From an uncultured virus (IMG/VR IMGVR_UViG_3300038805_000372) (taxonomy: Duplodnaviria > Heunggongvirae > Uroviricota > Caudoviricetes): a stretch of 20,000 nucleotides of DNA. Every line of letters begins with the position of its first letter. Position 1 is the stretch's first letter. The stretch lies in the IMG/VR virus record IMGVR_UViG_3300038805_000372; one strand, written 5' to 3'. This document shows, piece after piece, positions 8,156-16,093 of this stretch. The translations under genes and the position numbers were made by a program. The notes under the pieces were generated by a model that was not told the origin of the DNA, ran no database searches, and saw only the letters and a program-made list of their open reading frames with translations.

Positions 8156-8347
8156 TATCGGTGTGATTTTGGAATAAATGATGCGTTGTTCTTCTGGTTG
8201 CAAGCTCGCTTTACGCCACTTCAACACCTTTTCGGCTTTGGTAATGCTCTCGTGTTCACCGATCTCGGTTGTGGTTGTGATGACATTGCTGTCGCCCTTT
8301 AATAACGCAACGATGACTAACCGACACTTTTGTTTAATTCCTCGCAT
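8150..8347 (-). CDS. hypothetical protein (65 aa)
   Basis: ORF track; AAGGAG SD. Confidence 0.65.
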   Translation of the reverse strand: MRGIKQKCRLVIVALLKGDSNVITTTTEIGEHESITKAEKVLKWRKASLQPEEQRIIYSKITPIN

Positions 8348-8348
8348 T

Positions 8349-8513
8349 TTAATTCATCTCCTTTTTATTTATGGATTCTTCATCTTCAAATATCAATCGT
8401 AATTCTTCGGCGGTAAACTCGATGTGATCGTTGGCATCAATGTTGCCCTTTTTGTATTCGGCAATAAAAGCTTCGACCGCCTCAACTAAGTATTGTTTAG
8501 TTTTTTTACTCAT
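8349..8513 (-). CDS. small acidic hypothetical protein (54 aa, MSKKTKQYLVEAVEAFIAEYKKG...)
   Basis: Translated manually; ATGA overlap with the replication initiator. Confidence 0.6.
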   Translation of the reverse strand: MSKKTKQYLVEAVEAFIAEYKKGNIDANDHIEFTAEELRLIFEDEESINKKEMN

Positions 8514-9583
8514 ATCTTTTTAATTCCTTTCATTGCCGAGAAGTCGATGGCTGATAGCGGTATGTCCATATCGACGGGATTATACTCGGTTAATTTTCGC
8601 TCGGCTTCTTCTTCGGTGATTTTACCTTGTGCGACTTGTATTTTTAATTCGAGCGAGTATGCGTATTCGCTATTGGGTGTCGCTTCCGCCAATCTCGCTT
8701 TTAATAGAGCAATATGTTCTTTATTATTTATTTCTGCCATTTTGGCTTCCTTTCTTTCCTGCGCTTCGATTTGCTGTTCAGTTGGTTTCGCGGTTAAGTC
8801 AATTTCGGTTTCATCATCCCAGCGCCCTTGATTTAACCAGGTGTATGGATGTGGTATGTATTGTCCATTATCGCGTTGCCATTGTTCACTTTGCTTTTGC
8901 TCGTTAATAGCATTTAGCATTTTATCGAGTAGTGGTTTATCAACCTTATGCACCCGAAACCAATTAGCGCATTTTTGTTTGCCAATTTTTCGTGGATAAT
9001 TATTCCAAAAATCATCGAATAAACTAATGCGATTTTGCATTGCTTTTTTTGGCACATCATTTTTCGTATCATTTTGGAGTTCATTGACCGTATCATCAAC
9101 GAGCGGTAGCGATGTGGTAGTTTTTGGATGATCAATAGTCTTTATATTACATTCCATTACATTACATTTATTTACATATTGGGGTGTCATTTGGTTGCCA
9201 AGTGGTTGCCAAGTGGTTGCCGAAGCGTCATTTTTTCGGCTTTTTAATCGGTATATTTTATCCTTTTCAAGTGTTAATTTACTCATGATTTCGCTATACT
9301 TTGAAGCCCTATATCTATCGCTTCTTTTCGGGTTATGAATCCACCAATGTTTAATCACACAAACACCACTTTCGCCAAAGTGAATAATGAATTTCTTGGC
9401 AATCAATTCAGCGAGCGCGTTTTCGTTAGTGCCAATCAATCTGGCGGTAATAATTGCATTGTTTACGACACCATCATCATCAGCAAAGAATAGCAAGGCA
9501 ATGTATAATGCCCTCGCTTCAAACGAGAGCAACACATAAGCATCGCTCAATATAATTTCTTCCGCTATACATTTCCTTTTCAT
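8510..9583 (-). CDS. phage replication initiator / replisome organizer
   Basis: N-terminal SDAYVLLSFEARALY..L...ADDDG.V...IKHWWIHN motif; C-terminal FDDFWNNYPRKIGK...YIPHPYTWLNQGRWDDE domain; repeat-containing linker. Probable start ATG 9583. Confidence 0.85.
   Translation of the reverse strand: MKRKCIAEEIILSDAYVLLSFEARALYIALLFFADDDGVVNNAIITARLIGTNENALAELIAKKFIIHFGESGVCVIKHWWIHNPKRSDRYRASKYSEIMSKLTLEKDKIYRLKSRKNDASATTWQPLGNQMTPQYVNKCNVMECNIKTIDHPKTTTSLPLVDDTVNELQNDTKNDVPKKAMQNRISLFDDFWNNYPRKIGKQKCANWFRVHKVDKPLLDKMLNAINEQKQSEQWQRDNGQYIPHPYTWLNQGRWDDETEIDLTAKPTEQQIEAQERKEAKMAEINNKEHIALLKARLAEATPNSEYAYSLELKIQVAQGKITEEEAERKLTEYNPVDMDIPLSAIDFSAMKGIKKI
9145..9221. repeat. putative origin of replication: 11-bp tandem iterons (TGGTTGCCAAG x2 + TGGTTGCC, 9192-9221) next to AT-rich ATTAC-like pentamer repeats
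   Basis: Seen directly, in the linker of the initiator gene, as in lambdoid and Bacillota phage origins. Confidence 0.65.
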
Positions 9584-9584
9584 A

Positions 9585-10388
9585 CTATTTAATTCCGCCT
9601 TTCTTCCCACACACATATGTTGGTATTTTGAACACTTTTTCAATTTCCATCTTCATCACATATTCGTTCGCAATATCATCGGATAGGTGCATTAGGAATA
9701 TGCCTTTTAGTTGCGTTTTGTTTAATTCTCTGACGACCTTTTTTGTTCCCGCCAGCGATAAATGGTAATGGGCTTGGCGCGTGAACTTATATATTTTACT
9801 TCGCGCGATTGGGTCATCTTCATTACCTTGCGCGTGTTCCATCACTGCTTTTAATATCGCTTCAAGTTGTTTGCGAATATGGTTGCACTCGATGAATAGA
9901 TAGTCAATTGGCACTTTGTTTATTTGTGATGTATCGAATGTCTTGGTATCGTTGATAAACATTATCGTTTTTTTGCTAACCTTATCGTGAATCATAAATC
10001 CAAGTGCTGATGTATCGTGCTGCACATCGAATGGTTTAATAAAGAGGTCTGGCAGTATTTCATAAACATTGCCACTTTCGATAATGTGCGCCCGCTTGTG
10101 GTCAATTCCGCTCAATGTCGCACTATTTGCCCACACATCAATGTTCCGCTCTAATAATTCGCTTTTAGATAAAGAGTGGTCATTATGGTTGTGCGTTATC
10201 AAACAACTTTTTATGTTAGTTATTTGCATATTATTGCTGATCATTTTAGACAATAAGTCGTGGTACGATAGTCCGCACTCGACTAAAATATGGCGATTGT
10301 TGGGGAAAGCCATAACATAAGCGTTCCCCGAACTCGAACTCGCCAAGCAAACAAACGATACCGAATTGTCGTTAGAACGGTAATTCAT
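9585..10388 (-). CDS. MBL-fold metallo-hydrolase (YycJ-like exonuclease)
   Basis: LASSSSGNAY, ILVECG, LITHNHNDHS (HxHxDH), HD, FINDT, IECNH, HLS, LMHLS motifs. Probable start ATG 10388. Confidence 0.9.
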   Translation of the reverse strand: MNYRSNDNSVSFVCLASSSSGNAYVMAFPNNRHILVECGLSYHDLLSKMISNNMQITNIKSCLITHNHNDHSLSKSELLERNIDVWANSATLSGIDHKRAHIIESGNVYEILPDLFIKPFDVQHDTSALGFMIHDKVSKKTIMFINDTKTFDTSQINKVPIDYLFIECNHIRKQLEAILKAVMEHAQGNEDDPIARSKIYKFTRQAHYHLSLAGTKKVVRELNKTQLKGIFLMHLSDDIANEYVMKMEIEKVFKIPTYVCGKKGGIK

Positions 10389-11514
10389 CTTCTTTCTCTT
10401 TTTCTTCTCTTTCACCCTTTGCACCATCTTTGATTTTTTGGGCTTTCCATTCATCGAAAGTTAAGCCACTTGTGTTTTTGGGCGTTTCGGTTTGTTCCGC
10501 CTCGTCAACGGGCGCTTGTGTGGCTTCTGGTGCGGCAATGGTAATCTCATCATCGCCATCTTGCTCTTTTAATGTTTCGATAACTTGTTCGGCTGATGTC
10601 AATCTTGGTTTTTCACGATATTGTTCATAATCTTCAAAGGTGTTTTCAAATGCCTCGCGGACGAATGTATTAGAGAAGTTTTTAGGATATTTCTTGGTGG
10701 CATTGTTCATCATCTTTCGCTCAATCATCGCTTCCCTGCTTTGTGGCATTATCCACGATGGCGATATTAGCGTTTTCTCTTTGCCATATTTATCCTTATA
10801 GATTCTTAACGATTTGTCTTTTAACATTTCATCAAGTGTCATATCTTCGATTTTATCGATAATGCTTTGTTTGGTTTCTTCATCGGCGTTGCGAGCATTA
10901 TTGAGAATGTGGGCTTTAAGATTAGTTGCGACTTCTTCTCTATCACTTATTAACCATTCATCGCGACCATCGGTTTTGATAACGCGATAGACAACACGCT
11001 CGATTGGTTGTGAATATGATTTAGGTTGCCATGTTGGCGGAACTTGTCCATCAACATTAAATTGTGGGAATGTAAAGCCATCGCCTTTTCTAACTTTCCA
11101 TGCATTGTCAAGCGACTTAACGCCCTCGCCATATTTGCGGAGCAGTTTATCATTGCCAACGCCCTCAACAAAGAACTCAAACTCTTTGCGGATGATAACG
11201 CCATTTTGATAAACTTTGCGGATTTGAAATCCACATTCACGCGGTATCGCGTTAGTGTTCAATCTTAACAAAGCAACTTGGCTTAACACCTTTGTAATGT
11301 TGCTCTGGTCAAAGTCGCTCATCTTCAAGCCATCGGCAGTTGCGATTTCGTTTAATTTGCTGATTGCTGAATAAACGCACGCCCTTTGCTCGTCATCGAA
11401 CTTGATATTATTGCTCGTTAACGATTGGGCTACGCTTTGCAAATAAACACTTTGCGCCTTTTGTAGTGCGGTTTGGAATCCGCCTTGTGTTGCAGTAATT
11501 TCTCTCTTGTCCAT
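10372..11514 (-). CDS. RecT/Redbeta-like single-strand annealing protein with an acidic C-terminal tail
   Basis: VALLRLN..AIPREC.FQIR, EG.GND.LLRKYG, MIERKMMNNATKKYPK resemble Bacillota phage RecT-like recombinases. Located between the ATPase and the MBL nuclease. Confidence 0.7.
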   Translation of the reverse strand: MDKREITATQGGFQTALQKAQSVYLQSVAQSLTSNNIKFDDEQRACVYSAISKLNEIATADGLKMSDFDQSNITKVLSQVALLRLNTNAIPRECGFQIRKVYQNGVIIRKEFEFFVEGVGNDKLLRKYGEGVKSLDNAWKVRKGDGFTFPQFNVDGQVPPTWQPKSYSQPIERVVYRVIKTDGRDEWLISDREEVATNLKAHILNNARNADEETKQSIIDKIEDMTLDEMLKDKSLRIYKDKYGKEKTLISPSWIMPQSREAMIERKMMNNATKKYPKNFSNTFVREAFENTFEDYEQYREKPRLTSAEQVIETLKEQDGDDEITIAAPEATQAPVDEAEQTETPKNTSGLTFDEWKAQKIKDGAKGEREEKEKEDELPF

Positions 11515-11523
11515 ATTTTCTCC

Positions 11524-12027
11524 TTATAAGATGGGATTGCCCCATAAATCATATTGTCGGGTTTTGCTTTCCGGCTCTTTAATCGGCTCGCTCGGTGCGA
11601 AGCTTTCCCAGAACTGATTGGCGAGTGATTTTTCATCTATCACATCGCCACGCCCACTAATTAATCGACCTTGACCATCACGCCTAATCTTGCGTTTGAT
11701 AATGCTGTATTCAATTAAAGGTGTCATTGCCCTTTGATATAATCGCTCGGCATATTCTTCGGCTTCGGCATCGTCTTTGGCGAACTTAATATCGCCTTGT
11801 GGATTTCTAATCAGCACTTTGCCAATTAACGACCACGCGTCTTGTAATGCTTTGCTATCGTTATAAATGTCAATGCACTTATCGTGTTTGTGTGGGTTAG
11901 TGTTGTAGGTGTAGTGTTCGGGCAACATTTCACATATCTCTTTTTTCGAGTAATAACGATCGTGATTGCCATCGCTCAATAAATCATGTAATCGCCATTG
12001 TCTTGGCGTTAATGTAATGTCGCTCAT
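11524..12027 (-). CDS. hypothetical protein, possible N-terminal winged-HTH
   Basis: LTPRQWRLHDLL...YSKKEICEML pattern; GAAAGG SD. Confidence 0.6.
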   Translation of the reverse strand: MSDITLTPRQWRLHDLLSDGNHDRYYSKKEICEMLPEHYTYNTNPHKHDKCIDIYNDSKALQDAWSLIGKVLIRNPQGDIKFAKDDAEAEEYAERLYQRAMTPLIEYSIIKRKIRRDGQGRLISGRGDVIDEKSLANQFWESFAPSEPIKEPESKTRQYDLWGNPIL

Positions 12028-12051
12028 TTTTTCCCTTTCTTATTTATCATT

Positions 12052-12082
12052 ATTTTACCATCTTAAATCGCTATTATTAGTT
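12052..12082 (-). promoter_or_regulatory. phage-specific promoter motif copy 2 (AACTAATAATAG-N13-TAAAAT)
   Basis: Same box and 13-nt spacer; TG extended -10; upstream of 11524..12027 and the RecT-like gene. Confidence 0.7.
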
Positions 12083-13252
12083 TTCGCGCAATGTTCCCAC
12101 CTCAATCTCGTGGAACAAATCGCTAACCTTTGCGGTGATAACTTGGGCGTTGGTTTTAATCTTGGTGGCGATGCTTTCGCTATCGAGCGCTTCGCCTTCG
12201 TCAAAGATGATCGGTAAGTCTGGCAAATTGCCTTTTCTTTTCAATGCCTCAATGATGGCAATACCAGTAATAACCTTTTCACTCGTGCTTCCCTTTTCAA
12301 ATTTGGTTTGTTTACCAATAATATATGGATAGCACACTTCTTTGAAGCTTCCCTCTTTGATATTGCTCTCGATTAGATTGAACTTTACTTTGCCGAATGT
12401 TTGCGCGATATTTTCATTTAACTTTTGATATTTCAGAGCAATGAACTGCTCTAATGCAACTTGCTTAATTTCCAATTCGCTAACTGTCTTTATAAATATG
12501 TCTTGCTGATTGACTAACTCGTTAACCAACCTTTCTTTAATCTCGGACGCTATGATTTGCGCGCTCGTTATGTAGTTCATAATGAGTTTAGTGTTAGATA
12601 TATCGTTTTTAGCGGTTTTTAGGCGCGTTGCGAGGTTTTTGACTAATAAAGGTATATTGTTCCCAACTTTCTCTAATTCGCGTTGTAGGTGGGCTTGTAG
12701 TGTCGGCTCATTCGCTAACAATTCCAAGTTGTCAATGTCGCCTGCTAATTTAATAACAATTTCACGCACCACTTTATAATCATTGATTTCAGTCCATAGT
12801 GGATTGATGATCATCGCATAGTCGCCATTATAACCAAAGTATTCATTCAGCAATATCTCGGCATCTTTCTTTAATGGTATGTCAACGCCATTAATGATGT
12901 ATTTTGTCGTATGACCCTTTAATGTGCGCGTTTCAACATTACCGCGCGACACTTCCCAAACTTCTTGATATTGCTTTTCATAAATCAGCCCATCGTGATC
13001 GCCACGAGTAAAATATGCTTTGACCGATACGCACGTGTTTGGTTTATTGTGCGGTTTATTGGCTTGCTCGTCTGAACTGCCCGATAGTGATTTGCCTGTC
13101 ATTAACCAACTTATCGCTTCAAGCACATTTGTTTTGCCGATGGCATTTTTTCCCATAATCGCGCATCTACCACTTCCAAAGCTAATTTTCAAGTGTTCGA
13201 TATTGCGAAAGTTGCTGATTTCTAATGTTTGCAGTTTAATGTTATTTTCCAT
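12077..13252 (-). CDS. SMC/Rad50-like ABC ATPase (AAA_23 type) with a short coiled coil
   Basis: LEISNFRN, Walker A GKNAIGKT, signature-like GSTSEK, Walker B PIIFDEGE. Start probably ATG 13252 (alternative 13261). Confidence 0.85.
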   Translation of the reverse strand: MENNIKLQTLEISNFRNIEHLKISFGSGRCAIMGKNAIGKTNVLEAISWLMTGKSLSGSSDEQANKPHNKPNTCVSVKAYFTRGDHDGLIYEKQYQEVWEVSRGNVETRTLKGHTTKYIINGVDIPLKKDAEILLNEYFGYNGDYAMIINPLWTEINDYKVVREIVIKLAGDIDNLELLANEPTLQAHLQRELEKVGNNIPLLVKNLATRLKTAKNDISNTKLIMNYITSAQIIASEIKERLVNELVNQQDIFIKTVSELEIKQVALEQFIALKYQKLNENIAQTFGKVKFNLIESNIKEGSFKEVCYPYIIGKQTKFEKGSTSEKVITGIAIIEALKRKGNLPDLPIIFDEGEALDSESIATKIKTNAQVITAKVSDLFHEIEVGTLREN

Positions 13253-13583
13253 AAAAACCATCCTTATGTATGCGATTGACTGCGATTTGAAGTTGCTTAA
13301 TTAAATTGTTCAAATTGCTTTTATCGAGTGTGGTATGGACTTCGATTTCGATTGAATTGAGTATCGGCTTAATGACACTATTGACTTCTTCGTGATAACC
13401 GCCATTATGCCATTCGACTTCTTTCCGCTCGACTTCTTCCATCGCCTCATAAAACGCTGGTGTATCATACGGGTCGGCATTGTTATATTCGCCACCTGTT
13501 AAATTAGCGATATATTCCTCTAACTCATCGTAATTGACAAACTCTTGCCCATCATATTCATAAATCGTTTTTTTGGTTTTCAT
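13242..13583 (-). CDS. acidic hypothetical protein (113 aa)
   Basis: ORF track; AAGGAG SD. Confidence 0.7.
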   Translation of the reverse strand: MKTKKTIYEYDGQEFVNYDELEEYIANLTGGEYNNADPYDTPAFYEAMEEVERKEVEWHNGGYHEEVNSVIKPILNSIEIEVHTTLDKSNLNNLIKQLQIAVNRIHKDGFYGK

Positions 13584-13594
13584 AATTCACTCCT

Positions 13595-13768
13595 TTATAC
13601 GATGTTCGCGTATTTCTCGCCAATGATACAATGAACGATATTATACTTTTGGCTAATACAATTTTCCTTTGTGAAGTTATCTAATGCTTCGTGCGTTTCG
13701 AACTCTTGCGTGGTTATTTCCCAAGTTTCAACATCTTGCAATACCAATTTACAATAGTAATTTCCCAC
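13595..13768 (-). CDS. small hypothetical protein (57 aa, GTG start, MGNYYCKLVLQDVETWEITTQEFETHEALDNF...)
   Basis: Translated manually; AAGGG SD; fills the intergenic gap. Confidence 0.6.
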   Translation of the reverse strand: MGNYYCKLVLQDVETWEITTQEFETHEALDNFTKENCISQKYNIVHCIIGEKYANIV

Positions 13769-13895
13769 TTTTAATTTCCCTTTCTATTTTGCGGTTTAGT
13801 GTTTGATTGACAACTATCATACCAAACGCGATTAACAAACCTATAAACGCGGTAATGCTTATTAGCATAAAGCACGCCATTATCAAGTTGATCAT
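13749..13895 (-). CDS. small single-TM protein (48 aa, MINLIMACFMLISITAFIGLLIAFGMIVV...)
   Basis: Translated manually; ATGA overlap with the HTH gene. Confidence 0.55.
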   Translation of the reverse strand: MINLIMACFMLISITAFIGLLIAFGMIVVNQTLNRKIEREIKSGKLLL

Positions 13896-14113
13896 TGTTC
13901 ATCATCCCATAGCATTTTATAGAGTTCAGATAGTGTCATATTAAAGTAATTAGCAATCTTCTTCATTGATTTGATGCTTGGTGCGTGTTTGCTTGTTTCG
14001 ATGTTCATGAGTGTTTGGTTGGTTAAGCCCAATTCTTTCGCTAACTCAATTTGCGATAAACCCTTCGCCATTCGGGCGTGTTTTAACCAACCACCTAATT
14101 TTGATTTTCTCAT
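13892..14113 (-). CDS. XRE/Cro-family HTH transcriptional regulator
   Basis: LKHARMAKGLSQIELAKELGLTNQTLMNIETSKHAPS is a classic HTH_3 pattern. Probable start ATG 14113. Confidence 0.9.
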   Translation of the reverse strand: MRKSKLGGWLKHARMAKGLSQIELAKELGLTNQTLMNIETSKHAPSIKSMKKIANYFNMTLSELYKMLWDDEQ

Positions 14114-14143
14114 ATTGTTTTTGTTTCCTTTCTGCACATAGTT

Positions 14144-14174
14144 ATTATACTATGCAATTTCCTTATTATTAGTT
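14144..14174 (-). promoter_or_regulatory. phage-specific promoter motif copy 3 (AACTAATAATAA-N13-TATAAT)
   Basis: Same box and spacing; perfect -10; embedded in the 3' end of ORF 14150..14398. Confidence 0.7.
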
Positions 14175-14398
14175 TCAGGCGCGTCTTTGATAAAGTAAAC
14201 TTCATGACATTTGTTTTTGTAAATGATCCGCTTTTGTTTTCCCTTGAATAATTGCGATAGAATCACACTTGCGATCTTTCGTTTAATGCCAAAGTAATCG
14301 GCGAATTGTGGTGCGTTATCAAGCACTACGGTTAAGTCCTCATCATCTTCATAGACTGCGATGCAATATGCACCTTTGTAAAGTTTAGCTGTTTTCAT
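14150..14398 (-). CDS. small putative DNA-binding protein (NUMOD1-like HTH)
   Basis: IAVY...VVLDNAPQFADYFGIKRKIASVILS resembles the NUMOD1 beta-HTH pattern; tentative. Confidence 0.55.
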   Translation of the reverse strand: MKTAKLYKGAYCIAVYEDDEDLTVVLDNAPQFADYFGIKRKIASVILSQLFKGKQKRIIYKNKCHEVYFIKDAPETNNKEIA

Positions 14399-14429
14399 TT
14401 TGTTCCCTTTCTTGGTATTTTAATCAATT

Positions 14430-14585
14430 TTACGATTGAAGCCACAATGTGCCATCGCATATTTGGTCGCAACCATATCTTTTAATGAGTTTATTGACTA
14501 CTTCTTGAGTGGGGTTTTTCCACACGTATTTTCGACCGTTTTCCCCCCATCTCACAATGGTTTTAATAACTGCTTTGCTTTTCAT
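14430..14585 (-). CDS. small early hypothetical protein (51 aa, MKSKAVIKTIVRWGENGRKYVW...)
   Basis: AAGGAG SD 6 nt before ATG 14585. The longer track start runs through the ribozyme and is unlikely. Confidence 0.7.
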   Translation of the reverse strand: MKSKAVIKTIVRWGENGRKYVWKNPTQEVVNKLIKRYGCDQICDGTLWLQS

Positions 14586-14593
14586 AATCTGCT

Positions 14594-14650
14594 CCTTCTC
14601 GCTCTGCCTTACTTGCGGACTTGCGACCGCCATTGGTGGCATTAAGAAAG
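14594..14650 (-). ncRNA. twister ribozyme, type P1 (copy A)
   Basis: CUUUC-U-U^AA-UGCC-AC-caaug-GCGG-UCGC-AA-GU-CCGC-aaguaa-GGCA-GA-GCGA-GAAGG. P1, P2, P4 and both pseudoknots (AC/GU, UCGC/GCGA) fit the twister consensus. Predicted cut between 14644 and 14643. Confidence 0.88.
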
Positions 14651-14663
14651 GACTTTTTAGTCC

Positions 14664-14924
14664 TTATTGCTCCTTCTTGATGCTTTCCATCATTGCTTTA
14701 ATGCTTATACCAAGTTTGGCACGCTCGTTTATTGAGCGACTTTTTAGCACGCTTCTGGTGACATAATTTTTGGCTTCTTGTTGTGTGGTAAAATCGTCAA
14801 TGTAGTTGCCAAGTAAGTCGCTGACGACATAAATGTCGCTTGAAGATTTAACGAAATCGCCACTTTCGTCATAAGTGAAATTAACCTCTGGCACTCTAAT
14901 AATCAAATGGTTTTTATATTTCAT
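14664..14924 (-). CDS. early hypothetical protein (86 aa, MKYKNHLIIRVPEVNFTYDESG...)
   Basis: AAGGAG SD 5 nt before ATG 14924; first gene after the early promoter. Confidence 0.75.
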   Translation of the reverse strand: MKYKNHLIIRVPEVNFTYDESGDFVKSSSDIYVVSDLLGNYIDDFTTQQEAKNYVTRSVLKSRSINERAKLGISIKAMMESIKKEQ

Positions 14925-14931
14925 AACCACT

Positions 14932-14986
14932 CCTTCTCGCTCTGTGTTATACGGGGTTGCGACCGTCTTCGCCCACATTACGAAGG
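14932..14986 (-). ncRNA. twister ribozyme, type P1 (copy B)
   Basis: CCUUC-G-U^AA-UGUG-GG-cgaag-ACGG-UCGC-AA-CC-CCGU-auaa-CACA-GA-GCGA-GAAGG. Compensatory changes relative to copy A in P2, P4 and the 2-bp pseudoknot. Predicted cut between 14980 and 14979. Confidence 0.88.
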
Positions 14987-15018
14987 GCTTTCTCCTTGCG
15001 ATTTCTTTTCGCACCTTT

Positions 15019-15046
15019 ATCTTACCACATAAAAAACGAATAGCAA
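15019..15046 (-). promoter_or_regulatory. sigma70/sigmaA-like early promoter (TTGCTA-N16-TAAGAT, TG extended -10, A-rich upstream tract)
   Basis: Just downstream of a terminator and just upstream of twister B. Confidence 0.6.
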
Positions 15047-15089
15047 ACACTTTTTTAATTTTTTTTTATTCGGTTGCTATTTATATAAT

Positions 15090-15112
15090 AAAAAAGACCT
15101 AACAAGTAGGTC
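15090..15112 (-). terminator. rho-independent terminator
   Basis: GACCTA-cttgt-TAGGTC hairpin followed by TTTTTT on the - strand, just after the stop of 15132..16070. Confidence 0.75.
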
Positions 15113-15131
15113 AATTTATTCGATGTGGTGC

Positions 15132-16070
15132 TTATAATTCGGTGATTTCTGGTTTCGGTGCATCTTCGTTTAATGGTTTCGGTAATGGTGCTTCGTCGAT
15201 CACAATATTATTAGCGATTTCGATTTCGGTAATTATCTCTTTACCTAACGACATAAGGTTTAGTATTGTCGGGTATTTATCTTCATCGACTACGCGTTTA
15301 CCTGTTTGTATTCCTTGATAACATCCCCACGCAAACATAAGTAACTTAATCACAAATATTAAGATTGATGCAGTATTCACGCCATATTCGCCAAACACCA
15401 TTACCGCGTTAGCGAAAGCGATAATTATGGTCATTATGAATGGCATTGCAGAAAACTTTAATCCCGTTGTGTATGGGTGCGATATATATTTACTCCCAAC
15501 TTTCCGATTGCCCGTTCCAAATGCGAACATATTATCAAAGGTAGTGTAGTCATATTTAATGCGTAATGTGGCTAAATTAAGCGTTCCCTTGTATTCTGGC
15601 ACTTTACCATTAAGGAAGTCAATATATGCCAACACATCGTTTTTTTGTGCTTCAATTTTAAGGACTTCGCTATCGGTAATCTTCTTTGATAGTAATTGGT
15701 TATCTAATATGTCCAAATAAGCTTCGCACTTTGATAATTGATTATGGACTTTTAAGCGTTCTCTGAACTCTTTATTGACGCGTTTTTTAATGATTAAGTT
15801 GCGATATTTTTTGAGTGTATTAGCGATTAACATATAATCGGGATTCGCCATTCCCACATCCAAACCCATTGGGAAATAAATACCGCGACCAGCGACAAAG
15901 TTCATTATGCTGAATGTAAATTCAAACCAATTAAACTGCGTGATGTCAAACCTTACTTGCAATAACAAAGTAAAGACCATCAACGCGACCATCAAGAATG
16001 TTAAAAGCGAGGTAATAACAACCCTCGCGCGCCCGACTTTTATGGGCTTCAAATTCAACCTTTTATTCAT
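15132..16070 (-). CDS. membrane protein (2 TM + soluble domain + 2 TM), 312 aa
   Basis: Hydrophobic pairs near both termini; AAGGGG SD; preceded by its own promoter-motif copy. Confidence 0.75.
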   Translation of the reverse strand: MNKRLNLKPIKVGRARVVITSLLTFLMVALMVFTLLLQVRFDITQFNWFEFTFSIMNFVAGRGIYFPMGLDVGMANPDYMLIANTLKKYRNLIIKKRVNKEFRERLKVHNQLSKCEAYLDILDNQLLSKKITDSEVLKIEAQKNDVLAYIDFLNGKVPEYKGTLNLATLRIKYDYTTFDNMFAFGTGNRKVGSKYISHPYTTGLKFSAMPFIMTIIIAFANAVMVFGEYGVNTASILIFVIKLLMFAWGCYQGIQTGKRVVDEDKYPTILNLMSLGKEIITEIEIANNIVIDEAPLPKPLNEDAPKPEITEL

Positions 16071-16093
16071 AAAACAATTTTCCCCTTTATTTT

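Noticed and set aside
8072..8166. + strand GGAGGAG followed by an ATG and a 25-aa ORF (MCGYVPPIDLIS...), considered as a type I toxin
   Set aside because: The peptide is not a convincing TM toxin, and the stem's G-U pairs and the promoter favour the - strand RNA. Not fully excluded.
13242..13583. Acidic protein as a DNA mimic or anti-restriction factor
   Set aside because: Only the acidity supports this; no family motif recognised.
14586..15050. Longer N-terminal starts in the ORF track (14642 and 15050)
   Set aside because: They run through the ribozymes and promoter. Strong SDs support ATG 14585 and ATG 14924.
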